Assembly (NCBI RefSeq): GCF_963921235.1
Contig: NC_086097.1
Coordinates: forward strand, 187,118,001 to 187,182,000
Origin: Mobula hypostoma
Lineage: Eukaryota
Direction of reading: 5' to 3'
DNA: 64,000 nucleotides
Both the position numbers and the translations under genes were made by a program. The notes beneath the pieces were generated by a model that was given only the letters and a program-made list of their open reading frames with translations, was not told the DNA's origin and did not search any database. This document shows positions 1 to 12,504 of this stretch, in pieces; the stretch's first letter is position 1, and every line of letters begins with the position of its first letter.

Positions 1-475
1 CCAACCTGATGGCATGAACATCGACTTCTCTAACTTCCGCTAATGCCCCACCTCCCCCTCGTACCCCATCTGTTACTTATTTTTATACACACATTCTTTC
101 TCTCACTCTCCTTTTTTCCCTCTGTCCCTCTGAATATACCCCTTGCCCATCCTCTGGGTCCCCCCCCACCTCCTTGTCTTTCTTCCCAGACCTCCTGCCC
201 CATGATCCTCTCATATCCCTTTTGCCTATCACCTGTCCAGCTCTTGGCTCCATCTCTCCCCCTCCTGTCTTCTCCTATCATTTTGGATCTCCCCCTCCCC
301 CTCCAACTTTCAAATTCCTTACTCACTCTTCCTTCAATTAGTCCTGACGAAGGGTCTCGGCCTGAAACGTCGACTGCACCTCTTCCTAGAGATGCTGCCT
401 GGCCTGCTGCGTTCACCAGCAACTTTTATGTGTGTTGCTTGAATTTCCAGCATCTGCAGAATTCCTGTTGTTTGA
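1..475 (+). mobile_element. 3' end of a Penelope-like element (end of GIY-YIG ORF plus pyrimidine-rich 3' repeat/pLTR)
   Basis: Window opens with QPDGMNIDFSNFR* (2-43), a typical PLE endonuclease C-terminus, also seen degenerate near 48800. It is followed by a C/T-rich tract and a tail repeated many times in the window. Confidence 0.85.
339..376 (+). ncRNA. Minimal type-I hammerhead ribozyme motif in the PLE tail
   Basis: Stem I TAGTC(339-343)/GACTG(372-376); core CTGACGA(344-350); short stem II (351-363); GAAA(364-367); palindromic ACGT as minimal stem III; GTC cleavage triplet 369-371. Confidence 0.8.
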
Positions 476-539
476 AATGATCTGTTTGGATGGCAAGCAA
501 AAGTGTTTCAAAGTCATAGAAAGGGTAAATAATAAGAGA

Positions 540-880
540 CGGTATGATATAGTGTTAACAGTTACAGTGAAAATGTGTACAAGGGCTATGATGAGGTAGA
601 TTGTGAAGTCAAGAGTTCTTCTTTAACAAGCGGAAGGCGTGTTCCATGGTTTGATAATAGGGGACAAAAGCTGTCCTCGAGCCTGCTAATTTGTGTTTTC
701 AAGCTGTTGTGTCTGATGGGAACAATCTTTGCTGATGCTGGCTGCTTTCTTGAGGCAGTGGGAAGTGTAGACAGACTCCATGGAGTGGAGACTGGGTTTC
801 ATGATGGATTGAATTGTGTCTACAACTTTGCAATTTCTTGCAGTGTTTGGCAGAGCAGTTGCTATACCGTGCTTAGATCA
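540..880 (-). mobile_element. Degenerate Rex1/Babar-type LINE 3' fragment
   Basis: Resembles the 3' RT region of the copy at 2399-4487 (GATGCTGGCTGCTTTCTTGAGGCAG, i.e. CLKKAASI on the minus strand). Confidence 0.5.
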
Positions 881-999
881 CAAGGCTGTGAACAGTAGCT
901 TACACTATGCTTTTATGTGTTCTTTGTTCATGGGCTTATGGTTCTCGGATCCACCTCAAATGCTGTTTCTTAATTTTGAATGTTTGTTGTGCAGAATTT

Positions 1000-1310
1000 C
1001 CCACAATCCAAAAGGGAGGTTACATGTTTTTCCAAGGGGGTTTTAATAAAGGCTTTGAACCATTTCCTCTTTTCTCCTGGTAATTTCTTATCATGCCATT
1101 TTGGGGAAATCTAATGTAAGGCATGTAAATGATACAACCTGCTAATGAAGTATACTTGCTACTTCACCAGCTGACCTGGGAGAACATACCGACGTTGGTT
1201 CAGATATGCTCCCAGTATATTTGGATGATTTTGCACAGGCAGCATTAGTGGGGTTCCAGTCTAGTGGAGTGCCAGAAAAAGATGGTTGTCCCAGGAATAA
1301 TCACCAGGGG
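1000..1310 (-). mobile_element. Highly decayed RTE LINE 3' fragment
   Basis: Minus-strand remnant MPYIRFP...LPGEKRKWFK resembles the RTE C-terminal MP..RLPK...GGQ.KRFKD motif. Confidence 0.4.
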
Positions 1311-1484
1311 TTAATTTGATTAAGCATAATTAGTTATTCTCCTGAGTGTAATGTAAAACCTCTGACAATGTAATGTAGCTAGCCCGCCACTGTGTGGTGA
1401 AAGAATATACTACAAGTTAAAGACTTCACCATTGCATTTCTATTGCTGCCTTCTTATCTTGGGATTCTGGTCTAAAATTAAACA

Positions 1485-2340
1485 GTATATCCAGGAAAAG
1501 TTTAGTAGATCCAGCAGCATTTGTGGAAAGAGAAATCATTGTCATACCAGATCCAGAACTGAGGAAGTTAGTCTAAGTATTGGAAAAGGTGAGGGAGGGT
1601 GATGGTAAAACAAAGAAAAATTCTGTGTTGGGGTGAAATAATGCACCAGTCTTCTTTGTGTAATACATGATATGCTCAGCAGATCATATAAAATGACAAA
1701 AAAGGGGGGAGGGGTTGGTGGGATACAAAAAAATGGCAGGTAATATTGGCAGGTAATATAAGCAAAAAAAAAGTGAGCTGCGTAGACTTGGAGATTTTGA
1801 TGTTGGGACCTCCAAGTTACAATAGTCCAGAAGGAATTGAGGTGCTTGCATTGGGCCTCATTGTAATAATGCAGGAGTGTAGGAAGCCACAGACGGGAAG
1901 GTCTGAGTGGGAGTGAGATGGTGAATAAAAGTGACAAGCGACCGGAAGCTTGAGCGAACTCCTGCAGTCTGAGTGCAGATACTACACAAAGAGAACGCAT
2001 AGTCTGTGCTTGGTATCTCTAATGCAGAGGAGGCCACATTGTGGACACTGAATGGGTTACATTAGATTGGAAGAAGTACAAATTAATTGTTGCTTCACTT
2101 GGAAAGACTGCTTGCATCTCTGGATGTTAGGAATGAAAGGAGTGAAAGGACATGGGAAACTGCCATATGTAGGAAAAGATGGAATAATGGTTTAGAGGGT
2201 CACAAAATGAGAGATTTCTTTGAAATACCGAAAGGAAAAGAAGACAATATGTGTCTGGTGAAGGAACTTCAGAGCTGGCAGAAACTGTGAAGAGTATCGA
2301 TACTTGTGGGCTGTAAGGTAAGGATCAGGGTACACTGCTT
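1485..2340 (-). mobile_element. Degenerate Penelope-like element (GIY-YIG region and tail)
   Basis: Minus-strand translation near 2000-2110, QSFQVKQQLICTSSNL..IQCPQCGLLCIRDT, matches the PLE FTCTS.N.VY.I.C..CGL.YIGET motif. Tail remnant near 1490-1570. Confidence 0.7.
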
Positions 2341-2398
2341 TTGCTCTGTCTAGGGTGAGAGCAGGAAAAAGACGACCGATTCTGGTTGCTTGAACAGT

Positions 2399-4487
2399 TC
2401 AGAATCAGAATCAGGTTTATTATCACTGGCATGTGACATGAAATTTGTTAACTTAGCAGCAGCAATTCAATGCAATTCATAATCTAGCTGAGAGAGAGAA
2501 AAAATAATAAATAAACAAGTAAATCAATTACGTATATTGAATAGATTAAAAAATGTGCAAATACAGAAATACTGTATATTAAAGAATGTGAGGTAATGTC
2601 CAAAGCTTCAAAGTCCATTCAGGAATCGAATGGCAGAGGGGAAGAAGCTGTTCCTGAATCGCTCAATGTGTGCCTTCAGGCTTCTGTATCTCCTACCTGA
2701 TGGTAACAGTGAGAAAAGGGCATGCCCTGGGTGCTGGAGGTCTTTAATAATGGACGCTGCCTTTCTGAGACACCGCTCCCTCAAGATGTCCTGGGTACTT
2801 TGTAGGCTGGTGCCCAAGATGGAGCTGACTAGATTTACAACCTTCTGCAGCTTCTCTCAGTCCTGTGCAGTAGCCCCACCATACCAGACAGTGATACAGC
2901 CTGTCAGAATGCTCTCCATGGTACAACTATAGAAGTTTTTGAGTGTATTTGTTGACATACCAACCTCTTCAAACTCCTAATAAAGTATAGCCACTGTCCT
3001 GCCTTCTTTATGACTAAATCAATGTGTTGGGACCAGGTTAGGTCCTCAGAGATCTTGACACGCAGGAACTTGAAGCTGCTCACTCTCTCCACTTCTGATC
3101 CCTCTATGAGGATTGGTATGTGTTCCTTCGTCTTACCCTTCCTGAAGTCCACAATCAGCTCTTTCGTCTTACTGACGTTGAGTGCCAGGTTGTTGCTGCG
3201 GCACCATTCCACTAGTTGGCATATCTCACTCCTGTACACCCTCTCATCACCACCTGAGATTCTACCAGCAATGTTGTATCATCAGCAAATTTGTGGATGG
3301 TATTTGTTGCTATGCCTAGCCACACAGTCATGTGTATAGAGAGAGCAGAGCAGTGGGCTAAGCACACACCCCTGAGGTGCACCAGTGTTGATCATCAGTG
3401 AAGAGGATATGTTATCACCAATCCGCACAGACTGTGGTCTTCTGGTTAGGAAGTCCAGGATCCAATTACAGACGGAGGTACAGAGGGCCACGTCCTGCAA
3501 CTTCTCAATCAGGATTGTGGGAATGATAGTAGTAAATGCTAAGCTATAGTCGATGAACAACATCCTGACTTAGGTGTTTGTGTTGTCTAGGTTGTCTAAA
3601 GCCATGTGCAGAGCCATGGAGATTGCGTCTGCCTTTGACCTATTGTGACGATAGGCAAATTGCAGTGGGTCCAGGTCCTTGCTGATGCGGGAGTTCAGTC
3701 TAGTCATAACAAACCTCTCAAAGCATTTCATCACTGTCGATGTGAGTACTACCGGGTGATAGTCGTTAAGGCAGCCCACATTATTCTTCTTAGGCACTGG
3801 AATAATTGTTGCCTTTTTGAAGCAAGTGGGAACTTCTGCCCGTAGCAGTGAGAGGCTGAAAATGTCCTTGAATACTCCTGCTAGTTGGTTGGCACAGGTT
3901 TTCAGAGCCTTACCGGGTACTCCATCGGGACCTTCCACCTTGCGAGGGTTCACTCTCTTTAAAGACAGTCTAACATCGGCCTCTGAGACAGAGATCACAG
4001 GGTCATCAGGTGCAGCAGGGATCTTCACAGGTGTAGTTGTGCTCTCCCTTTCAAAGTGGGCATAGAAGGCGCTGAGTTCATCTGGTAGTGAAGCATCGCT
4101 TTGTAGGAAGTTATGTCTTGCAGTCCCTGCCAGAGTTGCCATGCATCTGATATCGTCTCCAACCTCATTCGAAATTGTCCCTTCACCCTTAAAATAACCC
4201 TCTGCAAATCATAACTGGTTTTCTGGTACAGGCCTGGGTTGCCAGACTTGAATGCCACTGATCTAGCCTTCAGCCGATGACGTATCTCCTGGTTCATCCA
4301 CAGCTTTAGGTTTGGGAATGTACAGTAAGTCTTTGTAGGCACACACTCATCCACACGGGTTTTAATGAAGTCAGTAACAACCACAGCATACTCGTCCAGA
4401 TTCAAAGATGAATCCCTGAATACAGTCCACCGATTCAAAGCAGTCCTGTATGCGCTCCTGTGCTTCCCTTGTCCAAACCTTCTTGGT
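2399..4487 (-). mobile_element. Rex1/Babar-clade LINE, 5'-truncated, frameshifted RT
   Basis: ORF pieces [73 protein letters not shown] plus (TCTGAT)n tail at the low-coordinate end. Confidence 0.93.
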
Positions 4488-5069
4488 AAGATTATCTCAG
4501 ATACATGACTATTGATGTAAACATTGACATTTATCAGGATGCTTGAATTTGGCATTCTGCAGTGTACTTATGATTTCCAGTCCTATTACATATTATGCAT
4601 TTCCCTGGGCTAAATAAAATGTGAGTGGGTTGATTAGAATACATTGTGAGGAGCTGATACATTAATAAAGTGCATTACATGTTATTTCCCCAGGCTGCTA
4701 GATGCTCAGAATTAAAGCAATGAGTATGGCCGAAGCACTGAATTGCTAGTGGCATCATCTAAAGCCCCAGGAAGTATTTATATTAGGACATTTACCCATA
4801 GTGGAATAACTATTGGAGCTTCCTCAGTGACATGCGTTCATTCCTGCCTTCCAATGCCATCTGTGCAGAATTGCACATTCTCTCTGTGGCCGAAATTAGT
4901 GTATTAAACAACATTTGTGGAGCAAAGGGATGGTTGAGGTGTTTGGTTTTTGCTCCAGTGTCGATCCCCTGCAGTCCCTCGTGTTTTCCTGTGGTTGTGT
5001 GGATTCTATCAGGGTGATCTGGTTTTGTCCTCCAGATTGACAGGTTATTTAGTCACTCAAAATTGAGTG

Positions 5070-6060
5070 GTGGATGTGGTGTATATGGATTTTTAATAAT
5101 GCTTTCGACAAGGCACCCCTTTGTAGGCTTATTCAGAAAGTTAGGAGGCATGGGATCCAGGGATCCTGGTGGTGTGGATTTAGAATTGGCTTGCCTACAG
5201 AAGGCAGAGGGTGGAGTGTATTCTGACTGTAGGTGGTGACTAATGGTACTCCATAGGGATCTCATCCCTACTTTCTGGTGATTTTTATAAATGAGTTGGA
5301 TGAGGAAGTGGAAGGGTGGGTTAGTAAGTTTGCAGATGACCGTAGCATTGTTGGTGTTGTGGATAATGTAGAAAGTTACCATAGCTTACAGAACTGGGCT
5401 GTGAAGTTGGCAGAAGGGGTTCAATTTGGAGAAGTGTTAAGTTTTACATTTTGAAAGGTCAAACATGAAGAGAGGGTATAAGGTTAGTGGAAGGATTCTT
5501 AGCAGTGTGGAGGAACAGAGGGATCTTGAGTTCCACATCCGTAGATCCCTCAAGATTGCAATACAAATTGATAGGTTAGTTAAGAAGGTGTATGGTGTAC
5601 TTGCCTTCATTAGTCAGGGATTAAGTTCAAGAGCCACAGGGTAATGTTATAGTTCTATAAAACTCTAGTTAGACCACACTTGGAGTATTATATTCATCTC
5701 TGGTCGCCTCATTATAGGATTAATGTGGAAGCTTTAGAGACAATGCAGAGGAGATATACCAGGATGCTGCCTGGATTAGAGAGCATGTCTTATGTGGAAA
5801 AGTTGAACAAGTTAGGGCTATTCCTTTTGGAGAAAGGATATAAAAGGTGACTCTATAGAGGTGTATAAGATGATAAGAAGCATAGATAGTATAGACAGCC
5901 CGTGTCTTTTTCCCAGTGGTTAATGCGAGAGGGCATCCTTTTAAACTGATTGGTGGAAGGTATGGGGTGATGACAGAGGTGGGTTTTCACACATCGAGTG
6001 GTAAGGGCATGGAATACACTGCTGGGTGTTACAGCAGCAACACTGAGGACGTTTAGGAAC
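5070..6060 (+). mobile_element. CR1 LINE 3' half (decayed RT)
   Basis: DF..AFDK.P, KFADD, LVRPHLEY and QRR.TRMLPGL motif remnants; multiple stops and frameshifts. Confidence 0.85.
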
Positions 6061-6089
6061 AACAAATTTAATATTACTCTCAGAAAATT

Positions 6090-6542
6090 TGCCAAAACTG
6101 TCTCGCTGCTGCCAGGAGGATGTGTAGGAGTCTTGGGCAAGGGTTGTGAATTGGACTCATTTTCACAGGTCTCTACCATTCATGTTATTTGTGTTCTGGT
6201 TTCTGATTGCTCATATTTTTTACTGCTACTTTGTGTGATTTTGCTCGGAGCGGACTGGTTTTGCGGCCTACAGTCAACAGACAACACAGTGCTCAACTGA
6301 ACTGAACTGAACATTCCTACAACATTCCAGGATTCTGCAGTTTCATGTTTAATATTCTGTGTGTTATTTGTTCAATGTTCGTCATTTGCCTCATTGTTCT
6401 TTTTTTTGTGCATTTGATGTCTAATGTTTTCTTTGAATGGGTTCCATCGTGTTTCTTTGTTTTGTGGCTGTGGGAAGACAAATCTCAAGGTGTATACTTC
6501 TAACAAACTTTGATAATAAATGTACCTTGAATCTTTGAATCA
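6090..6542 (+). mobile_element. Non-autonomous retroposon fragment with TTTGATAATAAA...(TTTGAA)n tail
   Basis: Same 3' tail as at ~12200-12243 and ~15165-15200. Confidence 0.5.
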
Positions 6543-9539
6543 TTACAATTTATTTCTGTCTCTATAACTTTCTGGATTATCTTCTCTTTTCCGAAAATTA
6601 TTTTAAATCTCCACATATCAACTCCTGAGCTGAAGACTAGTGTCTTCAGCTGTTCCTATCCCTCTGTTGCTGCTGTTCTCTTGTAGCCATTTGACACTGC
6701 AGAAACGTGATACAGGTTGACTGGTCTTCTGATTTCTCATCTCTCCCTGTGGAGAATTGCCTCTCTTCTACGCAATGTTTTTCCAGATGGTCTTGCTGAG
6801 ATTGGCAACCTGCCATCAGAGCAGGGGTGAAGAAATTACAGCCATGAGCATCATCCAGCTCTTTATGGCACAGACTCTTTCACTATGCCATGAAAATGAT
6901 TTTGCTCACTTACCTGCTTTACAGCATGAGTCTTCCTTCCTACTCACTGATGTGCAAGCGGAAATACAAGTATCCACATTTATATTTGCAACAGATAAAC
7001 TACTTGTGTACAATCATGTGTGATCACTGAGGAAAGAAACTTCACTAATTGCTTAAGGCAGATGGGAAAAGTGACAATTATCTTTAATGGCATTGTAATG
7101 TAAGAAAGCAACAGCATGTAATAGCCTGGGGAGAGTCATCTGAAATGATGATCCAAACTGTGAATGCTCACAGTAGGCCCTGGGCTGTTTACTGAAAACA
7201 GCTTTCAGCAACACAGCGTAAGCAGAGCGATGGCACACACACCGGTCTGCCAAAATCAAATACCAATCAAGCTGGTTTTCTATTAATCGGAATGACAGTC
7301 AAAGTTCAGTGAGATTCAGCAAACTTTATTGAAGAAGATGAATCTGGGAATAATGGACTGACTGTTTCAGCTTGAGATAGGTGTTTTACCTAAACTGTCT
7401 GATAGACAAAGTTTGACCTTTAAAATTCCCTAGGCATGTTCAGGCTAAATATCAAATTAACTTACATATCAATTTGGACAGTAATTAAATATTTGTACAT
7501 TGTACACATAGGGCAGTGCATCAATAGCCAAAAATTAAAGGCTATCTGAAGGAAACCTTTCAATTTCATAAATTTAATATGAAAAGCAATTTGTCCTCTG
7601 CCTTGTGTAGCCCTAAGGCATTTGTTTCGCTGATGCTTTTTGCCCTTAACAAATATCAAGTGGTAACCTTGTGGTACCTTTTATTGAGCAAAACCCCAAA
7701 TGACAATTTGCAAACAAAGAGAACATTTAAAGACAAAAAGAACTTCAAAATCAAATTAATTGAACAATGAATTGCAGCAAAGATTTGGGTGATTTTGGAT
7801 CGAACTTAAATTGGAAGTGTTGGATGAACAATTTTGTGTGGGGCAGAGAGGCATTCGGTAGTTTGGAATAGTGAGATATTAGCAGTACTATTACCGTGTT
7901 ATAGAACAAGATAGAAGTAGGATGATGTATGTTTGAAAGAATGTGATCTTGCACAAGTAGAAGTAGAGACTCTTAGTAACAAATTAAATGTGGAATTTGA
8001 AGCTGAACTCAAGCAAGAGACTGAAACTCTGTGTTGTCATCTTGTGTCAAGCTGAAACTGATGATGGCATTAAGTATTGAAACAAATACTTCATACATGT
8101 ATAACCTGACTTTTCTTTTCAGTGCATAAATAATTAATGTAAAGAACAATGTTAATCACAGATTGTATAGAATCTTAATCAGGTGGTTTGTAACTGGGAT
8201 ATGACCATATAAAGAGAGTTGAAAGATTCTGACAAGGATTATGCAAATCTTTAGTGGACAATTTTGTAAGTGTTGCAGGTGTTCTTAATTTATCATATTA
8301 AGCATCCTCCTGCAAAATTATTCTGAAATGTTAAATGTCTAAAGTTGGTTTCAAATTTACAAATATTTTTATTTATTTAAGAAATACAACATTTAATTCT
8401 CCACTGCAAAAACAGGAGGTGTTCAACGCTGAGCCTTTGTTGATTTGCTAGAAGCCAGCAGGGAGCAGTGATGATTTGCAAGTGTAGATTGAAGAACGAA
8501 GTGAGCTATTGTTTCTGGATTCTGCACATTCCCAGAGTATAATGTATTATGAAGATAGGACAGATCTTCCAGCATACATTCCATATACAGACTGAGTGAA
8601 CACATCATTCAGCTTTGGGAAGATACTCAGATGAAATTATCAAGCCACTGTATTAATCGCGTGCCTAATAATTTTTGCTGGTCAAAGGTTAAGTTTCTTC
8701 TGGCTGGATTGGATGGGATTGTTAGCAGTTGTAAGCTATAAGCTTAATCATTATTAAAACTCTATTAAAATAAAAATGTTGAAGTTGAAACTTTATTTGG
8801 AAAATTTATAGTGCTGGATGTTACTAAGATGTTTTAAACACAAAAGCATACTAAGTGATTGGTGCTGTATTAGAGGCATTGGGACAGAAGTAGTATTCAC
8901 AGAGTACTGGCAAACCCTGACAAAGATTACAACATGAAATTCTGATCACGATATTCCAGATAGGACTTCATACTTTTAAATTATAAAACTTCAGATACTG
9001 GACATCTCTAATAAAGACAGAAACTGCTGTATGTTTCCAGCATTTTCTGTTTTTATTTTATGCATTTCTTGTTGGCATTCAGTGATTGAATATTATATGA
9101 CTGTTAACCCAATATGACATAAACATACGCTTTGAGAAGTCTCTCTGCAAACTGAAGTTTATAATGTTCATTAATTTGGTTACTTCGTCTGAGAAAACAG
9201 CAACTTTTTAATATTTAAATAAACCATTATGTTGGAACATTGGATAAGAAGAGAAGAATATTTAGTTTCTTTGTGAATAGTCTTCCTATGCAGCCTCTCA
9301 GGATTGAGTGATTTGTTTTCACTCCAGTTTTCTGGGTTCTGAGGTGATTTATAGTCAAATAAGGGAACTGCAGATGATCACAGGTGGTACAGAAGATGCC
9401 TGAGGAGGCAGATAGGTAGTTAATATAAGGGGTGATCCGTTCCTTCAAATGTTTATACTGGGCTTATTTGTGCTTCTAGTATATAGACTTGAAGCTTTCA
9501 ATGCCATGCCATTTTAAAATGGCTTCTCCATTTTAAATT

Positions 9540-10430
9540 GTCATTGGCTAGAGATTCCCATGAGTCAGTGGGGATGCTGCATTTCTTCAATGGTGCCTTG
9601 AGCACATCCTTGAATCTTTTCTTCTAAACAGCTGACAATCTTCTCCCAAGACATAGGTAAAAATAAAATGCATGTTTTGGAAGTCTCTTGTTAGGCATGT
9701 AAATGAATGCCCACTCTAGCTGACTGTAACTGAGGCCTTAATGCTGGAAATATTGATCTAGATTATAGTGACAGTTAACCTTTGAGTGAGTTATTATTAG
9801 GATTTCGTGCTGACAATACAGGTGATATATTAGCTGTAAGTAGTCCAGCTCTTAGAAGCGTACCAAAGGGTAGTAATCGTTGCTACCTGGACACCATGTA
9901 TAAGGTCTTAATCTTCAAATAGTCTTTTCCTCAACTGGCCAAAAGTCATGCTGGTGCATTAATAGCAGTGATGGATTTTACCATCCATGTCAGCTTTTTT
10001 TTTTGCTAAGAGTTAACTCCTGAGGAATGGGATGTTGTCCACATACTTTCAGGGTCTTGGCTGTTGGGAGAACATTAAGCATAAACTGTTATGCTTTCAT
10101 TAACATAGCATGGAAGTAGAAGGGTCAGTGTGCCCTCATTGTTTGAATTCATATAGCCATCATTTCTATAGATCCTGACACTCCTAACAATGACTAATGG
10201 GTTATGGCTTCATTGTCAAAGCAGCTGTTGCAAAGATTCATCCAGCTGTCACATTGGCAGGGCATTCAGTGGCAACATTGATCAACTGCAACCTGACATT
10301 TCATTCAATTCCTTTCAGGCAATCCTAGCTTATGAACGATGTTCTGCAGGAGCACAGAGAGGAATCCTCAGTTCAACCAACTACCTGACTTCACCATCGC
10401 CATTTTAAGGTAGATTGTTGTATAATTTTC
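9540..10430 (-). mobile_element. Old RTE-clade LINE fragment
   Basis: Minus-strand remnants MPNKRLPK and KKRFKDVLKAPLKKCSIPTDSWE, a characteristic RTE C-terminus. Confidence 0.65.
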
Positions 10431-11127
10431 ATAACCATTCATCAACTCCACCTTGAAACTCCTATTTAAAATGCATTTGAAGGTAAGTATGGTCATGATA
10501 TGGAACAGACCAGGTAAAACTAAACGTAAATTTCATTCATGTTAAGGCAAAATCCAGTTCAAGTTTATTGTCATTCACTCTCATACATGTATACTGCCAA
10601 ACCAGACAATGATGCTCTGGACCAAGGTGCACATTTCAGTACATATAATTCAAACACATAAAGTTTTAAATGTTCAGCTGTGACTTGTACCTCATCATGC
10701 TCACATCAGCTCACTCAAATACGCACTCTAAAAATCCACTAGTCTAAGTTATTTGCGAATGGTTTGTGCGTTGTCAGTGTAAATACACACTGTGCCACTG
10801 CCAAATAAATCCAAGTAAGTTGGAGAGAAAAAATGAAGATGTTATTGGCTCCTGCCTTCCATGGAACAACTTGTGGGTACTCCTAACGGTTTTTCCGATC
10901 ATATTTACATGTGCCGTTGAATCAAGTGATGCATTTTATTCTACCAGACAAACGTATGCTGATGTTACATTAGGTTGCACTGAAATCCGAGAATGTAGGA
11001 AGTCTAATGTGAAAGTTTGCGCTCCCTCTGTCTTTGCCTTCCTGGATTGTGGCACCTTTTTATTTTGCTGGAAAGATTATGTATTTTCAGGACCATTGGC
11101 TTCAGTCCCAAATATTTCTCTAATATT

Positions 11128-12243
11128 CCAGTCAAGATGGCGCCAGCGTACAAGGCTCCCTTGGTTGACATCTTCCAGATGACCTACAAAAATGTCTTTT
11201 TTTTTACATCTTTTATGTCTGTTTTTCACCTTAAGTATGTTTCTGGGACTGTTGGATCCCGTGATTACAGTTTGGAGATCGTTTGAGTGATCCAGCACTT
11301 TGCTGTCTCTGAGGAGATTCTAGGAAGCGAAACGCGAACGCAGATGGTCTCGATGCAAAGAAACTTCAAGACAGGACATGAGCTGATGTTTGACTCCATT
11401 TTGCCAGTTAAAGCGTCCATTAATCATTGATTAAAGTGTTGAGGAAGATTGAGACATCGAGGTGAATGCGGAAAGCGAGCGAGAGTTCAGCACTGACTGT
11501 CTTCTTTTTGATGGCTGTCCAAAAGGACTCTGTGAGTGGCTTCACACATCAAAGTTGCTGGTGAACGCAGCAGGCCAGGCAGCATCTCTAGAAAGAGGTA
11601 CAGTCGACGTTTCAGGCCGAGATCAGTCCTGACGAAGGGTCTCGGCCTGAAACGTCAACTGTACCTCTTCCTAGAGATGCTGCCTGGCCTGCTGCGTTCA
11701 CCAGCAACTTTGATGTGTGTTGCTTGAATTTCCAGCATCTGCAGAATTCCTGTTGTCTGTGAGTGGCTTATCACTGTGTAGCTGGCTGTGGTAGGCGTGT
11801 AGGCGTCTATGCTTTGTGTTGTGTCCCTTTCTTTTGATGAGTGTCGTAATATCGTAGGATGGTGTTGTGGTTCTGCATTTATGGATTGGATTATTGCTCT
11901 TATGGACTTTTTCAGACTTATGGTTTTCATATTCAGTGTTTTTATTGCTTGTTCCTTTACCAGTTTGTGTGCAGGGGGAGGGTGTTGGGGGTTGATGTTC
12001 TGTTGTGTTCGGGAAGCGGTTGTTTTTTTGGGGGTCATTGTTCTTGTTCTGTGTTGTGCAGGGGAGGGGGTTTTGGGGGTTGGTGATCAGGATGCCATTC
12101 TTTTATGTGCAGGGAGAGGGTGGGTTTGATGTTCCTCTCTGAACAACTTTCACATTCTTTCTTTCTTTTATCTGGAGAAGACAAATTTCAGAGTTGTATA
12201 TGGATACATACTTTGATAATAATGACCTTTGAAACTTTGAATC
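11128..12243 (+). mobile_element. Non-autonomous LINE-tailed retroposon interrupted by a PLE fold-back insertion
   Basis: Starts CCAGTCAAGATGGCGCC; ends CATACTTTGATAATAA...GAAACTTTGAATC like the element at 6090-6542. Confidence 0.5.
11543..11755. mobile_element. 213-bp inverted (fold-back) Penelope-tail insertion with 14-bp TSD
   Basis: Arms 11543-11621 and ~11640-11719 are near-perfect reverse complements. TCTGTGAGTGGCTT lies at 11529-11542 and 11756-11769. Hammerhead core at 11629-11656. Confidence 0.9.
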
Positions 12244-12504
12244 TTCTGTGCTTTTCATATCACTTGATGATGTTGTAGTGCTGGCAAGTCAAGCCGTTGG
12301 ATAGTACCCAGATCTTCAGTTAACCAAAGTGTTGTTGAAAGTTGACAGATGAAATTCCTCATTGGATCATTGTCTTCCTTCTCTTCCAAGAATTCAAACT
12401 GGGCTTGTGAATGACTGACTTGGTCAGAGATCACGATATAAAATATTCAAAACATAACTTCACTGCATTTCTTGTTGTAGAAAATTCTGTCAAGGCTCAC
12501 AGCA

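Noticed and set aside
30..480. 130-aa and 145-aa ORFs as host genes
   Set aside because: They are readings of the low-complexity PLE 3' repeat; the same peptides (PDEGSRPETST, AAWPA) recur wherever the tail occurs.
6757..7023. 88-aa plus-strand ORF with acceptor at 6786 as a coding exon
   Set aside because: No recognisable protein and only a weak donor (CAA|GTATCC).
7145..7195. Possible C/D box snoRNA (ATGATGA...CTGA)
   Set aside because: Only ~50 nt, with no terminal stem or recognisable guide; such motifs arise by chance.
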